Of a stretch of DNA of 33,991 nt, positions 10,898 to 20,496 are shown piece after piece. Each line of letters starts with the position of its first letter. The first letter of the stretch is position 1. The notes below the pieces were generated by a model. The model searched no databases and was not told where the DNA came from. It saw only the letters and a list, made by a program, of their open reading frames with translations. The DNA is taken from sequence record SRR2962707_3118. One strand, written 5' to 3'. The translations under genes were made by a program, and so were the position numbers.

Positions 10898-11031
10898 CGT
10901 GCCCCCCTCCCATACCGCTCGCGCAGGTCGTCGGCGCTCCAGAGATGCCCGTTGCGCATTGTGGACCGGTGATCGTTTACCCTACGCTGGTAGGTGGCCA
11001 ACATATAGGTTTGTGAAAGTATTCCCAACAT
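10894..11031 (-). CDS. Putative 45-aa small protein divergent from LysR (MLGILSQTYMLATYQRRVNDHRSTMRNGHLWSADDLRERYGRGAR)
   Basis: Translated by hand. ATG with upstream GGGAAATGAG; sits in the classic divergent target position of the LysR gene. Confidence 0.55.
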   Translation of the reverse strand: MLGILSQTYMLATYQRRVNDHRSTMRNGHLWSADDLRERYGRGAR

Positions 11032-11133
11032 GACTCATTTCCCAATAGTCGTTTATCATGTTCTCATATTCGCTATTTCATGTGTAAATACGACTCAGGA
11101 AAAATTAGGTTATGTAAGCTGATGTTTTATATA
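11032..11133. promoter_or_regulatory. AT-rich divergent promoter region with imperfect dyad TATGTAA-N9-TTATATA (11111-11133)
   Basis: Strongly AT-rich intergenic gap between divergent genes; the dyad abuts the LysR start codon. Confidence 0.45.
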
Positions 11134-12008
11134 TGAACTGGATCGACCTTCCCTCACTGACCTCTCTTCGGGCGTTTTCGGCCTATGCCGAAACCGGATC
11201 TGTCACCCGCGCCGGTGTTTTGCTGAACGTCAGCCATGCAGCCATCAGCCAGCAGTTGCGCAGTCTAGAAATCCACCTTGGGCTTTCCTTGCTTGACCGT
11301 TCGGCACGCGCGCTCAGCCTGACAGCAGAGGGTCAGCAACTGGCCGATGCGCTGTCCGAGGGGTTCGGGCGCATCGCCCAGGTGATCGAGGCGCTGACCG
11401 GTGCGGACGCCGACCGCCCGTTGCAGGTGGCCACGACACCCAGCTTTGCCGCCCATTGGCTGATGCCGCGTCTTGCCGGGTTTCGGGCCGCGCATCCCGG
11501 AATCGACATCATGATCAACCCCAGCCCGAAATTGACCAATCCCACCCCCGGCGGTGTGGATGTGGCGCTGCGGTTCGGACTGGGTGAATGGCCTGGCGTG
11601 GACTCGGAGCTACTGGCCTTGTCTCCCGTCGTGGTGGTGGCGGCCCCGTCGCTGATCGGGGACCTTGACCCAAAGGGCCCCGAGGACCTTCTGGCTTTCC
11701 CATGGCTTCAGGAACTCGGCACCTCGGAAAGCTCGCTATGGCTTGCCGGGCGCGCCGTCACTGGGTTGCGAACCAAAGGCGTGATGTATGTGCCCGGCAA
11801 CCTTGTTCTGGACGGAGCGCGCAGCGGTCAGGGGGTCGCGATCAGCACCCGGATTTCCGTTGAAGAGGATCTGCGGGCGGGGCGGTTACGGCTGTTGTTC
11901 GAAGAAGCCGATGAAAACGGATATCATATCGTGACAGCCCCGGGTGTGATGCGCCCGCCCCTACGGGATTTCGTGACCTGGCTGCGCCGCGAGGCTAGGC
12001 AGAGCTAA
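11133..12008 (+). CDS. LysR-family transcriptional regulator, GcvA/AmpR-like
   Basis: LPSLTSLRAF, HTH LNVSHAAISQQLRSLE, SFAAHWLMPRL, DVALRFG. Confidence 0.95.
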   Translation: MNWIDLPSLTSLRAFSAYAETGSVTRAGVLLNVSHAAISQQLRSLEIHLGLSLLDRSARALSLTAEGQQLADALSEGFGRIAQVIEALTGADADRPLQVATTPSFAAHWLMPRLAGFRAAHPGIDIMINPSPKLTNPTPGGVDVALRFGLGEWPGVDSELLALSPVVVVAAPSLIGDLDPKGPEDLLAFPWLQELGTSESSLWLAGRAVTGLRTKGVMYVPGNLVLDGARSGQGVAISTRISVEEDLRAGRLRLLFEEADENGYHIVTAPGVMRPPLRDFVTWLRREARQS

Positions 12009-12134
12009 CGCCCCAGGATCTGCGGTTCCCGCCATGTCACACAGCGTGGTCCGCCACTGGACCAGCTCTTGCTTTTGTCCATGACATCCCGACTGTAATC
12101 GATGTGGTAACTGCGGCCTGCGCAGAACACATCG

Positions 12135-12470
12135 TCAAGGTCGAGCTTGCTCCAAGGCCTCTGCCACACGGAGACGAAGGCCGGGCGGCAGGCTTTTCAA
12201 TGCACGCGCCATGGTGTCCAGATCTTGCCGTGCCGCGTGGAGTTGATCGATCAGGGAAATCACAACGCTCAGCGCGTTTTCGTCCATGTCCAGATCCTGT
12301 GACAGATCGCACAGCAGTTCTAGACGCGCGATGTCGACGCCGCGAAAGAAAAAAGCCTCATCAACACGCTCGGGCCGCACGAATTCGATCTCGACGAACC
12401 GGACAAGCTGCGCACGGGTGAGGCGTGTGATCGTCGCTACAACCTCGTCCTCGGTAAAACGATCCGTCAT
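12135..12470 (-). CDS. cbpM: Chaperone modulator CbpM
   Basis: MerR-like fold (DIARLELLCDL..DLDMDE..VVISLIDQLH); 4-nt overlap with the upstream J-protein gene. Confidence 0.85.
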   Translation of the reverse strand: MTDRFTEDEVVATITRLTRAQLVRFVEIEFVRPERVDEAFFFRGVDIARLELLCDLSQDLDMDENALSVVISLIDQLHAARQDLDTMARALKSLPPGLRLRVAEALEQARP

Positions 12471-13423
12471 GTCGCGGCCCCCTTCATTAAATCGGCGCGT
12501 GGATCATAAGCATGGGACTTGCGCCATTGTTCCAGGAATTCGCTCAGGCTGGAATCCGCGTCCGGCGGCAGGACGATCTTCAACTCGACCCGCTGATCGC
12601 CTTTGGTCTTTCGGCCGGCCTTTCCAACGCCGCGCCCGCGCAGGCGCAGGGTCTGCCCGGAACTGGCACCTTTGGGAATGGTCAGCCCGACGGGCCCATC
12701 CACGGTGGGCGCGCTGACCTTGCCACCCAGAACGGCTTCGTCAATGGTTATGGGTAGTGTGACAAGGATGTCGTCGCCTTCGCGGTGGAACACCGGATGA
12801 GCCTGGACCGTCACGGTGATCAGCGCGTCGCCCGCAGCACCGCCTCCGAAACCCGGCTGCCCCTTGCCGCGCAGGCGCAGGGTCTGGCCATCTTCGGTGC
12901 CCTGCGGAAGCTTGACCGCCAACCCCTGACCGTTTGGCAGGGTGATACGCGTTTCCCCCCCGCGCACGGCATCAAGGAAGGACACTTCGAGCGTATAATG
13001 CGCATCCGGACCGGGGGCCGAAAACCTGTCGTCAAACCCGCCCCCGCCTGCCCTGCCGCCTGCTGCGCGTGCACGATTACGCAGGATATCGGCAAAAATG
13101 TCCTCTGAATCACCCTGAGACCCATAGCCGCGTCGTTGCTGATAGACGTTGTCCGATGCATTGGCGAAGTCGCGATAGTATTCGCGTTTAGGCCGTTCCG
13201 CACCCAGACCATCGATTTCGCCGGCATCGTAGCGCGCGCGTGTTTCGGGATCTTTCAGAATGTCATGGGCCGTGCCAATCGATTTGAACCGCGCCTCGGC
13301 GTCGGAATCGTCGGGGTGCAGGTCCGGGTGGCTGGTGCGGACAAGCTTGCGGTAGGCTTTTTTGATCTCGTCAGCCGTGGCTGTCTTTGACAGGCCTAGG
13401 GCCTTGTAGGGATCGTCGGGCAT
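12467..13423 (-). CDS. cbpA: Class II J-domain protein CbpA (DnaJ without Zn finger)
   Basis: J domain with HPD, Gly-rich linker, DnaJ C-terminal LRLRGKG/LRLRGRG repeats, no CxxCxGxG. AAGGA SD precedes ATG 13423. Confidence 0.9.
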   Translation of the reverse strand: MPDDPYKALGLSKTATADEIKKAYRKLVRTSHPDLHPDDSDAEARFKSIGTAHDILKDPETRARYDAGEIDGLGAERPKREYYRDFANASDNVYQQRRGYGSQGDSEDIFADILRNRARAAGGRAGGGGFDDRFSAPGPDAHYTLEVSFLDAVRGGETRITLPNGQGLAVKLPQGTEDGQTLRLRGKGQPGFGGGAAGDALITVTVQAHPVFHREGDDILVTLPITIDEAVLGGKVSAPTVDGPVGLTIPKGASSGQTLRLRGRGVGKAGRKTKGDQRVELKIVLPPDADSSLSEFLEQWRKSHAYDPRADLMKGAAT

Positions 13424-13519
13424 CGTAATCCTTTCGCGTGTCACCGGCTATCGCACAGGGAACTTTTCACAAAGCATGGAATCCCGCGCATATTGTGGCG
13501 TTTCGTACGGCGCGGTGCC

Positions 13520-13533
13520 CTGATCCATATCAA
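13520..13533 (-). promoter_or_regulatory. FNR/FixK-type box for cbpA-cbpM
   Basis: CTGAT-CCAT-ATCAA (9/10 match to TTGAT-N4-ATCAA); minus-strand CACAAT at 13497-13492 lies 22 nt away. Confidence 0.75.
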
Positions 13534-13594
13534 CGCCTGACCAAACCGTGTTCAAGCCCCGAATAATTTAATCTGTCGGGTTTGCGGTGTCGGG

Positions 13595-13608
13595 CTGATC
13601 TAGGTCAA
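13595..13608 (+). promoter_or_regulatory. FNR/FixK-type box for the N-ATPase operon
   Basis: CTGAT-CTAG-GTCAA (8/10); TATCAT at 13631-13636 lies 22 nt downstream. Confidence 0.75.
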
Positions 13609-13667
13609 GGTCATGCGCGTTATGCAGTTCTATCATCGGGGAGTCATGAGTGCGACTCATGCGCTGA

Positions 13668-15594
<1,927 letters not shown>

Positions 15595-15598
<4 letters not shown>

Positions 15599-15876
15599 AA
15601 CCTGATGACAAGGACGATGCGCTGATCGCTGAAACCCGACTGCGCCGCGACAGGCGCGAACGCTGGCTGCGCGAAGGCGATATGTCAGTGGGTCGTCGTC
15701 TGGCACAGATCGGCGTGCTGGGATGGATATTTGTCGTGCCCACGCTGGTTGGCCTGTTTTGCGGCCGCTGGCTAGATACGGCTTTCTCGACCGGCGTATT
15801 CTGGAGCGCGCCCTGCATGCTGTTGGGCGTTTGCCTGGGGGCCTGGACCGCGTGGAACTGGATGAACGCGCCATGA
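15595..15876 (+). CDS. atpQ: N-ATPase AtpQ (AtpZ/AtpI-family two-TM protein)
   Basis: IGVLGWIFVVPTLVGLFCGRWLD; position in the operon. Confidence 0.85.
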
Positions 15877-16163
15877 TCGATATGTCTGCCCTACCAATGG
15901 TCGTCACCCTTCCTGTCTGTTTTCTCGGGGGATTTGTGGTTGGTTATCTCTACTTCCACGCGCTGCGACACACCGCAGACCTGATCGTGGCTCAGGGCAG
16001 GCCTCTGCTTGGCATTGCGCTCACTCTGGGGCGGCTCGCATTGCTGAGTGCGGCCTTCTATGTTGCGGTGCTTGCCGGTGGGGTTGCGCTTTTGGCGGCG
16101 CTGGTCGGCGTGCTGTGCGCAAAGGGCGTGATACTGCGCCAGACCCGGAGTGGACCGGCATGA
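15873..16163 (+). CDS. atpR: N-ATPase AtpR membrane subunit
   Basis: Hydrophobic 96-aa ORF (GYLYFHAL, TLGRLALL) between atpQ and atpB, with ATGA overlaps at both ends. Confidence 0.82.
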   Translation: MIDMSALPMVVTLPVCFLGGFVVGYLYFHALRHTADLIVAQGRPLLGIALTLGRLALLSAAFYVAVLAGGVALLAALVGVLCAKGVILRQTRSGPA

Positions 16164-16858
16164 ATTCCCCGCTCGACTCTGTCGCCCTGTTTTACATCGG
16201 GCCCATTCCCATCACGCAGGCCGTGATCACGACATGGGTCATCATGGCGATTCTGGTGCTGGGGTCATTTCTGCTGACGCGCAGTCCGGCCCTGATCCCG
16301 GGCAGACGACAGGCCGCGCTGGAACTGCTCGTCGATACCATGGACACGCAGATCCGGGAAACCACCGGGTCTGAGCCTGCGCCTTACCGCAGCTTTATTG
16401 GCACGCTGTTCCTCTTCATCCTGGTGGCGAACTGGTCCTCTCTCATCCCGGGGATCGACCCGCCAACCGCGCAGCTTGAAACCGATGCCGGTCTAGCAGT
16501 TTTGGTGTTCTTCTCGGTGATCTGGTTCGGTGTGCGTGGCGCAGGCTTAGGCGGCTACCTCAAATCCTTTGCTGCACCAAACGTTGTGATGATCCCCCTC
16601 AACATGTTGGCCAGCGTTACCCGCACGTTTTCCATGTTTGTCCGCCTGTTCGGCAACGTGCTGAGCGGCGTTTTCGTCATAGCCATTGTCGCATCTCTTG
16701 CCGGGCTGTTGGTGCCGATCCCTCTCATGGCGCTCGATATGCTGACCGGGCTGGTTCAGGCCTACATCTTTGCTGTTCTGGCGATGGTCTTTATCTCGGC
16801 CACGGTCGAGGACGGCCAGCCGGATGTCCCCACACCCCCACTCAAAAAGGATCCGTGA
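16160..16858 (+). CDS. atpB: N-type ATPase a subunit
   Basis: PPTAQL, conserved Arg in VRLFGN, LVQAYIF. Confidence 0.95.
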   Translation: MNSPLDSVALFYIGPIPITQAVITTWVIMAILVLGSFLLTRSPALIPGRRQAALELLVDTMDTQIRETTGSEPAPYRSFIGTLFLFILVANWSSLIPGIDPPTAQLETDAGLAVLVFFSVIWFGVRGAGLGGYLKSFAAPNVVMIPLNMLASVTRTFSMFVRLFGNVLSGVFVIAIVASLAGLLVPIPLMALDMLTGLVQAYIFAVLAMVFISATVEDGQPDVPTPPLKKDP

Positions 16859-17103
16859 TGGATTATCTCTCTCTCGCCAGTATCATCTGTGCCGCATTTG
16901 CGGTGTCCTTCGGTGCGATTGGCCCCGCTTTGGCCGAAGGCCGCGCCGTGGCCGCCGCCATGGATGCCATCGCTCGCCAGCCCGAAGCCGCGAATACGAT
17001 TTCGCGCACACTTTTCGTCGGCCTCGCCATGATCGAAACGACGGCGATCTACTGTCTGGTGATTGCGCTTCTGCTGCTTTTTGCCAATCCGCTATTGGCC
17101 TGA
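16858..17103 (+). CDS. atpE: N-type ATPase c subunit
   Basis: GPALAEG, ARQPEA loop, MIETTAIY. Confidence 0.97.
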   Translation: MDYLSLASIICAAFAVSFGAIGPALAEGRAVAAAMDAIARQPEAANTISRTLFVGLAMIETTAIYCLVIALLLLFANPLLA

Positions 17104-17107
17104 TCCC

Positions 17108-17842
17108 ATGACAATCAATTTCTGGGGACTGGGGCTTCAGGCAATCAACGTCCTGATCCTCGTGTGGCTTTTGTCCCGTGTGTTCTGGCGCCCGGTCGCG
17201 GGTGCCATAGCGGCTCGCCAGGACAAAGCCCGGACAATCATCGAAACGGCGCAGTTGACGCAGGCCAGCGCCGATGTGGCATTGACCGAGGTGACACAGG
17301 CCCGATCCGGCATTGCTGCGGAACGCGCCGCCGCGCTGGCTGCTGCACGCATAGATGCCGACGCCTCCGCAAAGTCCGCCCTGGCCGACGCACGGACGCA
17401 GGCCGATGCAGTGCTGGCGGCCGCGAAAACCAAGATCATCCGTGACACCGCCGCCGCGCAAAAGGCCAATGAGGCACAGGCATATGATCTGGCGCTGGAA
17501 ATCGCGGCCACATTGCTGCGGCGTCTGGGCGGTCAGACTGTTCAATCCGCCTTTCTTGTCGATTTGATTGGTGCCATCGAAAAGATGCCAACCGCCGATC
17601 GCGCAGCACTGCTGACGGATGCCGGGCGCATCGAAGTCGTGTCGGCCACCGACGCCGGGGAGGAGAAAGAAATGATCGAAAAGGCCATCAGTGATGCCCT
17701 CGGCGGCGACCTCGACCTGCGATTTGTCACCGATCCTGACATGATCGCCGGTTTGGAATTGCGCAGCGCGCATTTCATCCTGCGCAACAGCTGGCAGGCC
17801 GATCTTGAGCGCGTTCAAAAGGCGGTGCAGAATGCCGCCTGA
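17108..17842 (+). CDS. atpF: N-type ATPase b subunit with delta-like C-terminal extension
   Basis: [24 protein letters not shown], Ala-rich coiled coil, C-terminal [13 protein letters not shown]; no separate atpH gene. Confidence 0.9.
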   Translation: MTINFWGLGLQAINVLILVWLLSRVFWRPVAGAIAARQDKARTIIETAQLTQASADVALTEVTQARSGIAAERAAALAAARIDADASAKSALADARTQADAVLAAAKTKIIRDTAAAQKANEAQAYDLALEIAATLLRRLGGQTVQSAFLVDLIGAIEKMPTADRAALLTDAGRIEVVSATDAGEEKEMIEKAISDALGGDLDLRFVTDPDMIAGLELRSAHFILRNSWQADLERVQKAVQNAA

Positions 17843-19349
17843 TCTGTCCGGCTGGTTTGACACAGCAATGGCCGCGCTGCCCGATGTGCCGTTGGGTCCG
17901 CAATCCGAACACAGGGGTCAGGTCGAGGAAATCGGCGACGGCGTCGCGATGATATCGGGTCTGCGGGATGTTCGGCTGGACGAAGTGCTGCGCTTTTCGG
18001 GTGGCCAGGTCGGCTTTGCCCGGGTGCTTGACCCCGATCTCATTGGCTGCGTAATGCTGGACGCCGCCACTGAGGTCAAAGCAGGCGACACGGTTTACGG
18101 CACCGGCCAAACCATCAACGTTCCCGTGGGTGAGGCGCTTCTAGGCCGCATCGTTGACCCGCTTGGCCGCCCACTGGACGGCAAGGGCACGATTGACGCC
18201 GAGGCGCACTTGCCAATAGAGCGTTCAGCGCCGTCGATCATCGAACGCGATCTGGTAACCGATCCGGTGCAGACCGGAGTCGTGGTCGTCGACACGCTTT
18301 TCGCACTTGGCCAAGGTCAGCGCGAATTGATCGTTGGCGATCATTCCACTGGCAAGACGACGCTGGCCATCGACACGCTGATCGCGCAGCGCGACAGTGA
18401 CATGGTCTGTATCTACGTCGCCGTGGGGCAAAAGACTTCCAGTGTGCGTCGCGCCGTCGATGCGCTGCAGGCACAGGGCAATTTCGCGCGCTGTATCGTC
18501 CTGGTCGCGGGATCAGCCAGCGCGCCGGGTCTGCAATGGATCGCGCCCTATGCCGGGATGACCATGGCGGAATACTTTCGTGACAAGGGCCAGCATGCGC
18601 TGATCGTGATCGACGATCTGTCTAAACACGCAGCCACCCACCGCGAAATCGCACTGTTGACCCGCCAGTCCCCGGGACGCGAGGCGTATCCCGGCGATGT
18701 ATTTTACATCCATTCACGTCTGCTGGAACGGGCGGCCAAGCTGTCACAGGCGCGCGGCGGCGGATCGCTCACCGCGCTGCCGATTGCCGAAACGGATTCG
18801 GGGAACCTGTCCGCCTATATCCCGACCAATCTGATTTCGATCACCGATGGGCAGATCGTTCTGGATGCGGCGCTGTTCCATCAGGGCCAGAAACCGGCCG
18901 TGGATGTCGGTCTTAGCGTCAGTCGGGTTGGCGGCAAAACCCAGGCACCGATCCTGCGCAAGGCTGCGGGAACCCTGCGTCTGGACTATGCGCAATTTCT
19001 GGAGCTAGAGGTTTTCACCCGTTTCGGCGGTATGCCCGAAGGCCGCGTGCGCCAGCAACTGACACGCGGCGCGCGTATCAGAGAGGCGCTGCGCCAGCCG
19101 CAGCACATGCCCTATCGTTTGCAAGACGAGGTGGCCCTTATGGTTGCGGTGCAATCAGGTCTGCTGGACGATCTGCCCCTGGCTGCGGTCGCGGCGTTCC
19201 GGGCGGCTTTGCCCGCCGCGCTGGGGCAGGAAACCGTCGGCGCAGAACTTGATCTGACGTCGCGTGATGATCTGATGGCGACGCTGCGCCGCCTTGCCGC
19301 AACTGTGTCGGACGCGGTGACGTCTCCCCTAACATCAGACAAGTCATGA
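17832..19349 (+). CDS. atpA: N-type ATPase alpha subunit
   Basis: [47 protein letters not shown]. Confidence 0.97.
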   Translation: MPPDLSGWFDTAMAALPDVPLGPQSEHRGQVEEIGDGVAMISGLRDVRLDEVLRFSGGQVGFARVLDPDLIGCVMLDAATEVKAGDTVYGTGQTINVPVGEALLGRIVDPLGRPLDGKGTIDAEAHLPIERSAPSIIERDLVTDPVQTGVVVVDTLFALGQGQRELIVGDHSTGKTTLAIDTLIAQRDSDMVCIYVAVGQKTSSVRRAVDALQAQGNFARCIVLVAGSASAPGLQWIAPYAGMTMAEYFRDKGQHALIVIDDLSKHAATHREIALLTRQSPGREAYPGDVFYIHSRLLERAAKLSQARGGGSLTALPIAETDSGNLSAYIPTNLISITDGQIVLDAALFHQGQKPAVDVGLSVSRVGGKTQAPILRKAAGTLRLDYAQFLELEVFTRFGGMPEGRVRQQLTRGARIREALRQPQHMPYRLQDEVALMVAVQSGLLDDLPLAAVAAFRAALPAALGQETVGAELDLTSRDDLMATLRRLAATVSDAVTSPLTSDKS

Positions 19350-20200
19350 CCGAACGGCTGGCCGATATCAGTGCCCGCATCGATGGCATCCAGCAATTGG
19401 GGGCCGTGGTGAACGCCATGAAGGGGATCGCCGGCGCCCGCGCCCATGCCGCCCGCGAAAAGGTGGCTGCGGTGGACAGTTACGCAGCGACCATAGCTGC
19501 GGCCATGGCGCGTGTTCTGGGGCCTGATGCCGCAAATACCCCAGATCGCAACCTGCCGGGTCCGGACAGGACTGGCCTGCTCATCTTTGGTGCGGAACAG
19601 GGATTTGCCGGTGCGTTCAGCGAACGGATTCTGGACAGCATTGGCCGCGACCATCAGGACGCAAATCTGTTTCTCATAGGAACAAGGGGGCTGTCCATCG
19701 CCAGCGCCCGCGGTATCACCCCGGGGTGGAGCGCGGCCCTACCCTCGCACGCGCCTGGCATCCCGAAACTGGCTGACCGCATTACCACCGAGATATACCG
19801 TGCCGTCGCCAAGGGGCGCATGGGCCGGTTTGATGTCGTGTTTACCGGCTGGGTGCGGGGCCGCCCCACGGTTGTGCGCAAATGCCTTTTTCCGGTGGAT
19901 CTGCCCGATCTTCCGCCATCCGCCGGGGATCGCCCACTGATGCAGCTGCCCAAGGCCCCGCTGATCGACGCCCTCGGGCAGGACTATTTTCACGCGCAGG
20001 TCTGCAAGGCGGCCCTGCACGCCTTTGCCGCCGAAAACGAGGCGCGGATGGAGGCCATGACATCAGCCGGAACGCAAATCGCGCGCGAGCTTGAGACATT
20101 CCAGGCCACCCTGCGCCGCGTCCGGCAGGAAGCGATCACCGCAGAAATCATTGAGCTTAGTACCGGCGCTGATGCCGCATCTGGTCGCGCCGCACGGTGA
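19346..20200 (+). CDS. atpG: N-type ATPase gamma subunit
   Basis: [38 protein letters not shown]. Confidence 0.95.
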   Translation: MTERLADISARIDGIQQLGAVVNAMKGIAGARAHAAREKVAAVDSYAATIAAAMARVLGPDAANTPDRNLPGPDRTGLLIFGAEQGFAGAFSERILDSIGRDHQDANLFLIGTRGLSIASARGITPGWSAALPSHAPGIPKLADRITTEIYRAVAKGRMGRFDVVFTGWVRGRPTVVRKCLFPVDLPDLPPSAGDRPLMQLPKAPLIDALGQDYFHAQVCKAALHAFAAENEARMEAMTSAGTQIARELETFQATLRRVRQEAITAEIIELSTGADAASGRAAR

Positions 20201-20273
20201 CCCGCCGCCCGCGATGTAGAACGTTTCTGCGCCAACCGTGAATCTGTTCACTTGCGCGATGGCACGCTCTGCA

Positions 20274-20305
20274 TGCTCGCCAGGGCGATCTCGGCCCGGC
20301 GAGCA
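20274..20305 (+). terminator. Imperfect hairpin downstream of atpG
   Basis: TGCTCGCC(A)GGGC-gatctcg-GCCCGGCGAGCA; no U-tract. Confidence 0.3.
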
Positions 20306-20408
20306 CCGCGCGCCATGTCGTCCATGGGCCAAGGCTTTGTGCCGCAGGCCCGCAATTGACCCACGAGAAGTTGTGACGGGCGCGCTTTTTCTCCCGGTCG
20401 CTGGCTTA

Positions 20409-20422
20409 GTGACGCAGATCAA
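20409..20422 (+). promoter_or_regulatory. FNR/FixK-type box for the phaC-fabI-maoC/pta-ackA operon
   Basis: GTGAC-GCAG-ATCAA (8/10); TAGAAT at 20445-20450 lies 22 nt downstream. Confidence 0.75.
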
Positions 20423-20496
20423 TGCTGCGATGCAGCGATTGTCATAGAATCACGTTAACACGCAGACATCTGCGCCATCTTGATGAAGGACAGGCC

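Noticed and set aside
10900-10915. CCCCCCTCCC as a CcsR/cuckoo-type anti-SD sRNA motif
   Set aside because: It occurs once, is not in repeated hairpins, and is simply the complement of the sORF SD.
10553-10972. 139-aa plus-strand ORF and 91-aa minus-strand ORF (10618-10893) from the track
   Set aside because: No family resemblance. The two coupled 45-aa minus-strand ORFs explain the SD and the overlap better.
16883-17863. 326-aa antisense ORF (similarly 22281-23084, 23023-23856, 24453-25277, 28249-28947)
   Set aside because: Shadow ORFs opposite well-supported genes, expected in high-GC DNA.
18330-18365. AtpA P-loop GDHSTGKT as a sign of inactivation
   Set aside because: The GxxxxGKT core is intact, the alpha site is non-catalytic, and all nine frames are intact and tightly spaced.
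20422-20496. N-terminal extension of phaC in the ORF track
   Set aside because: It overlaps the FNR box and -10 element; ATG 20497 has a proper SD.
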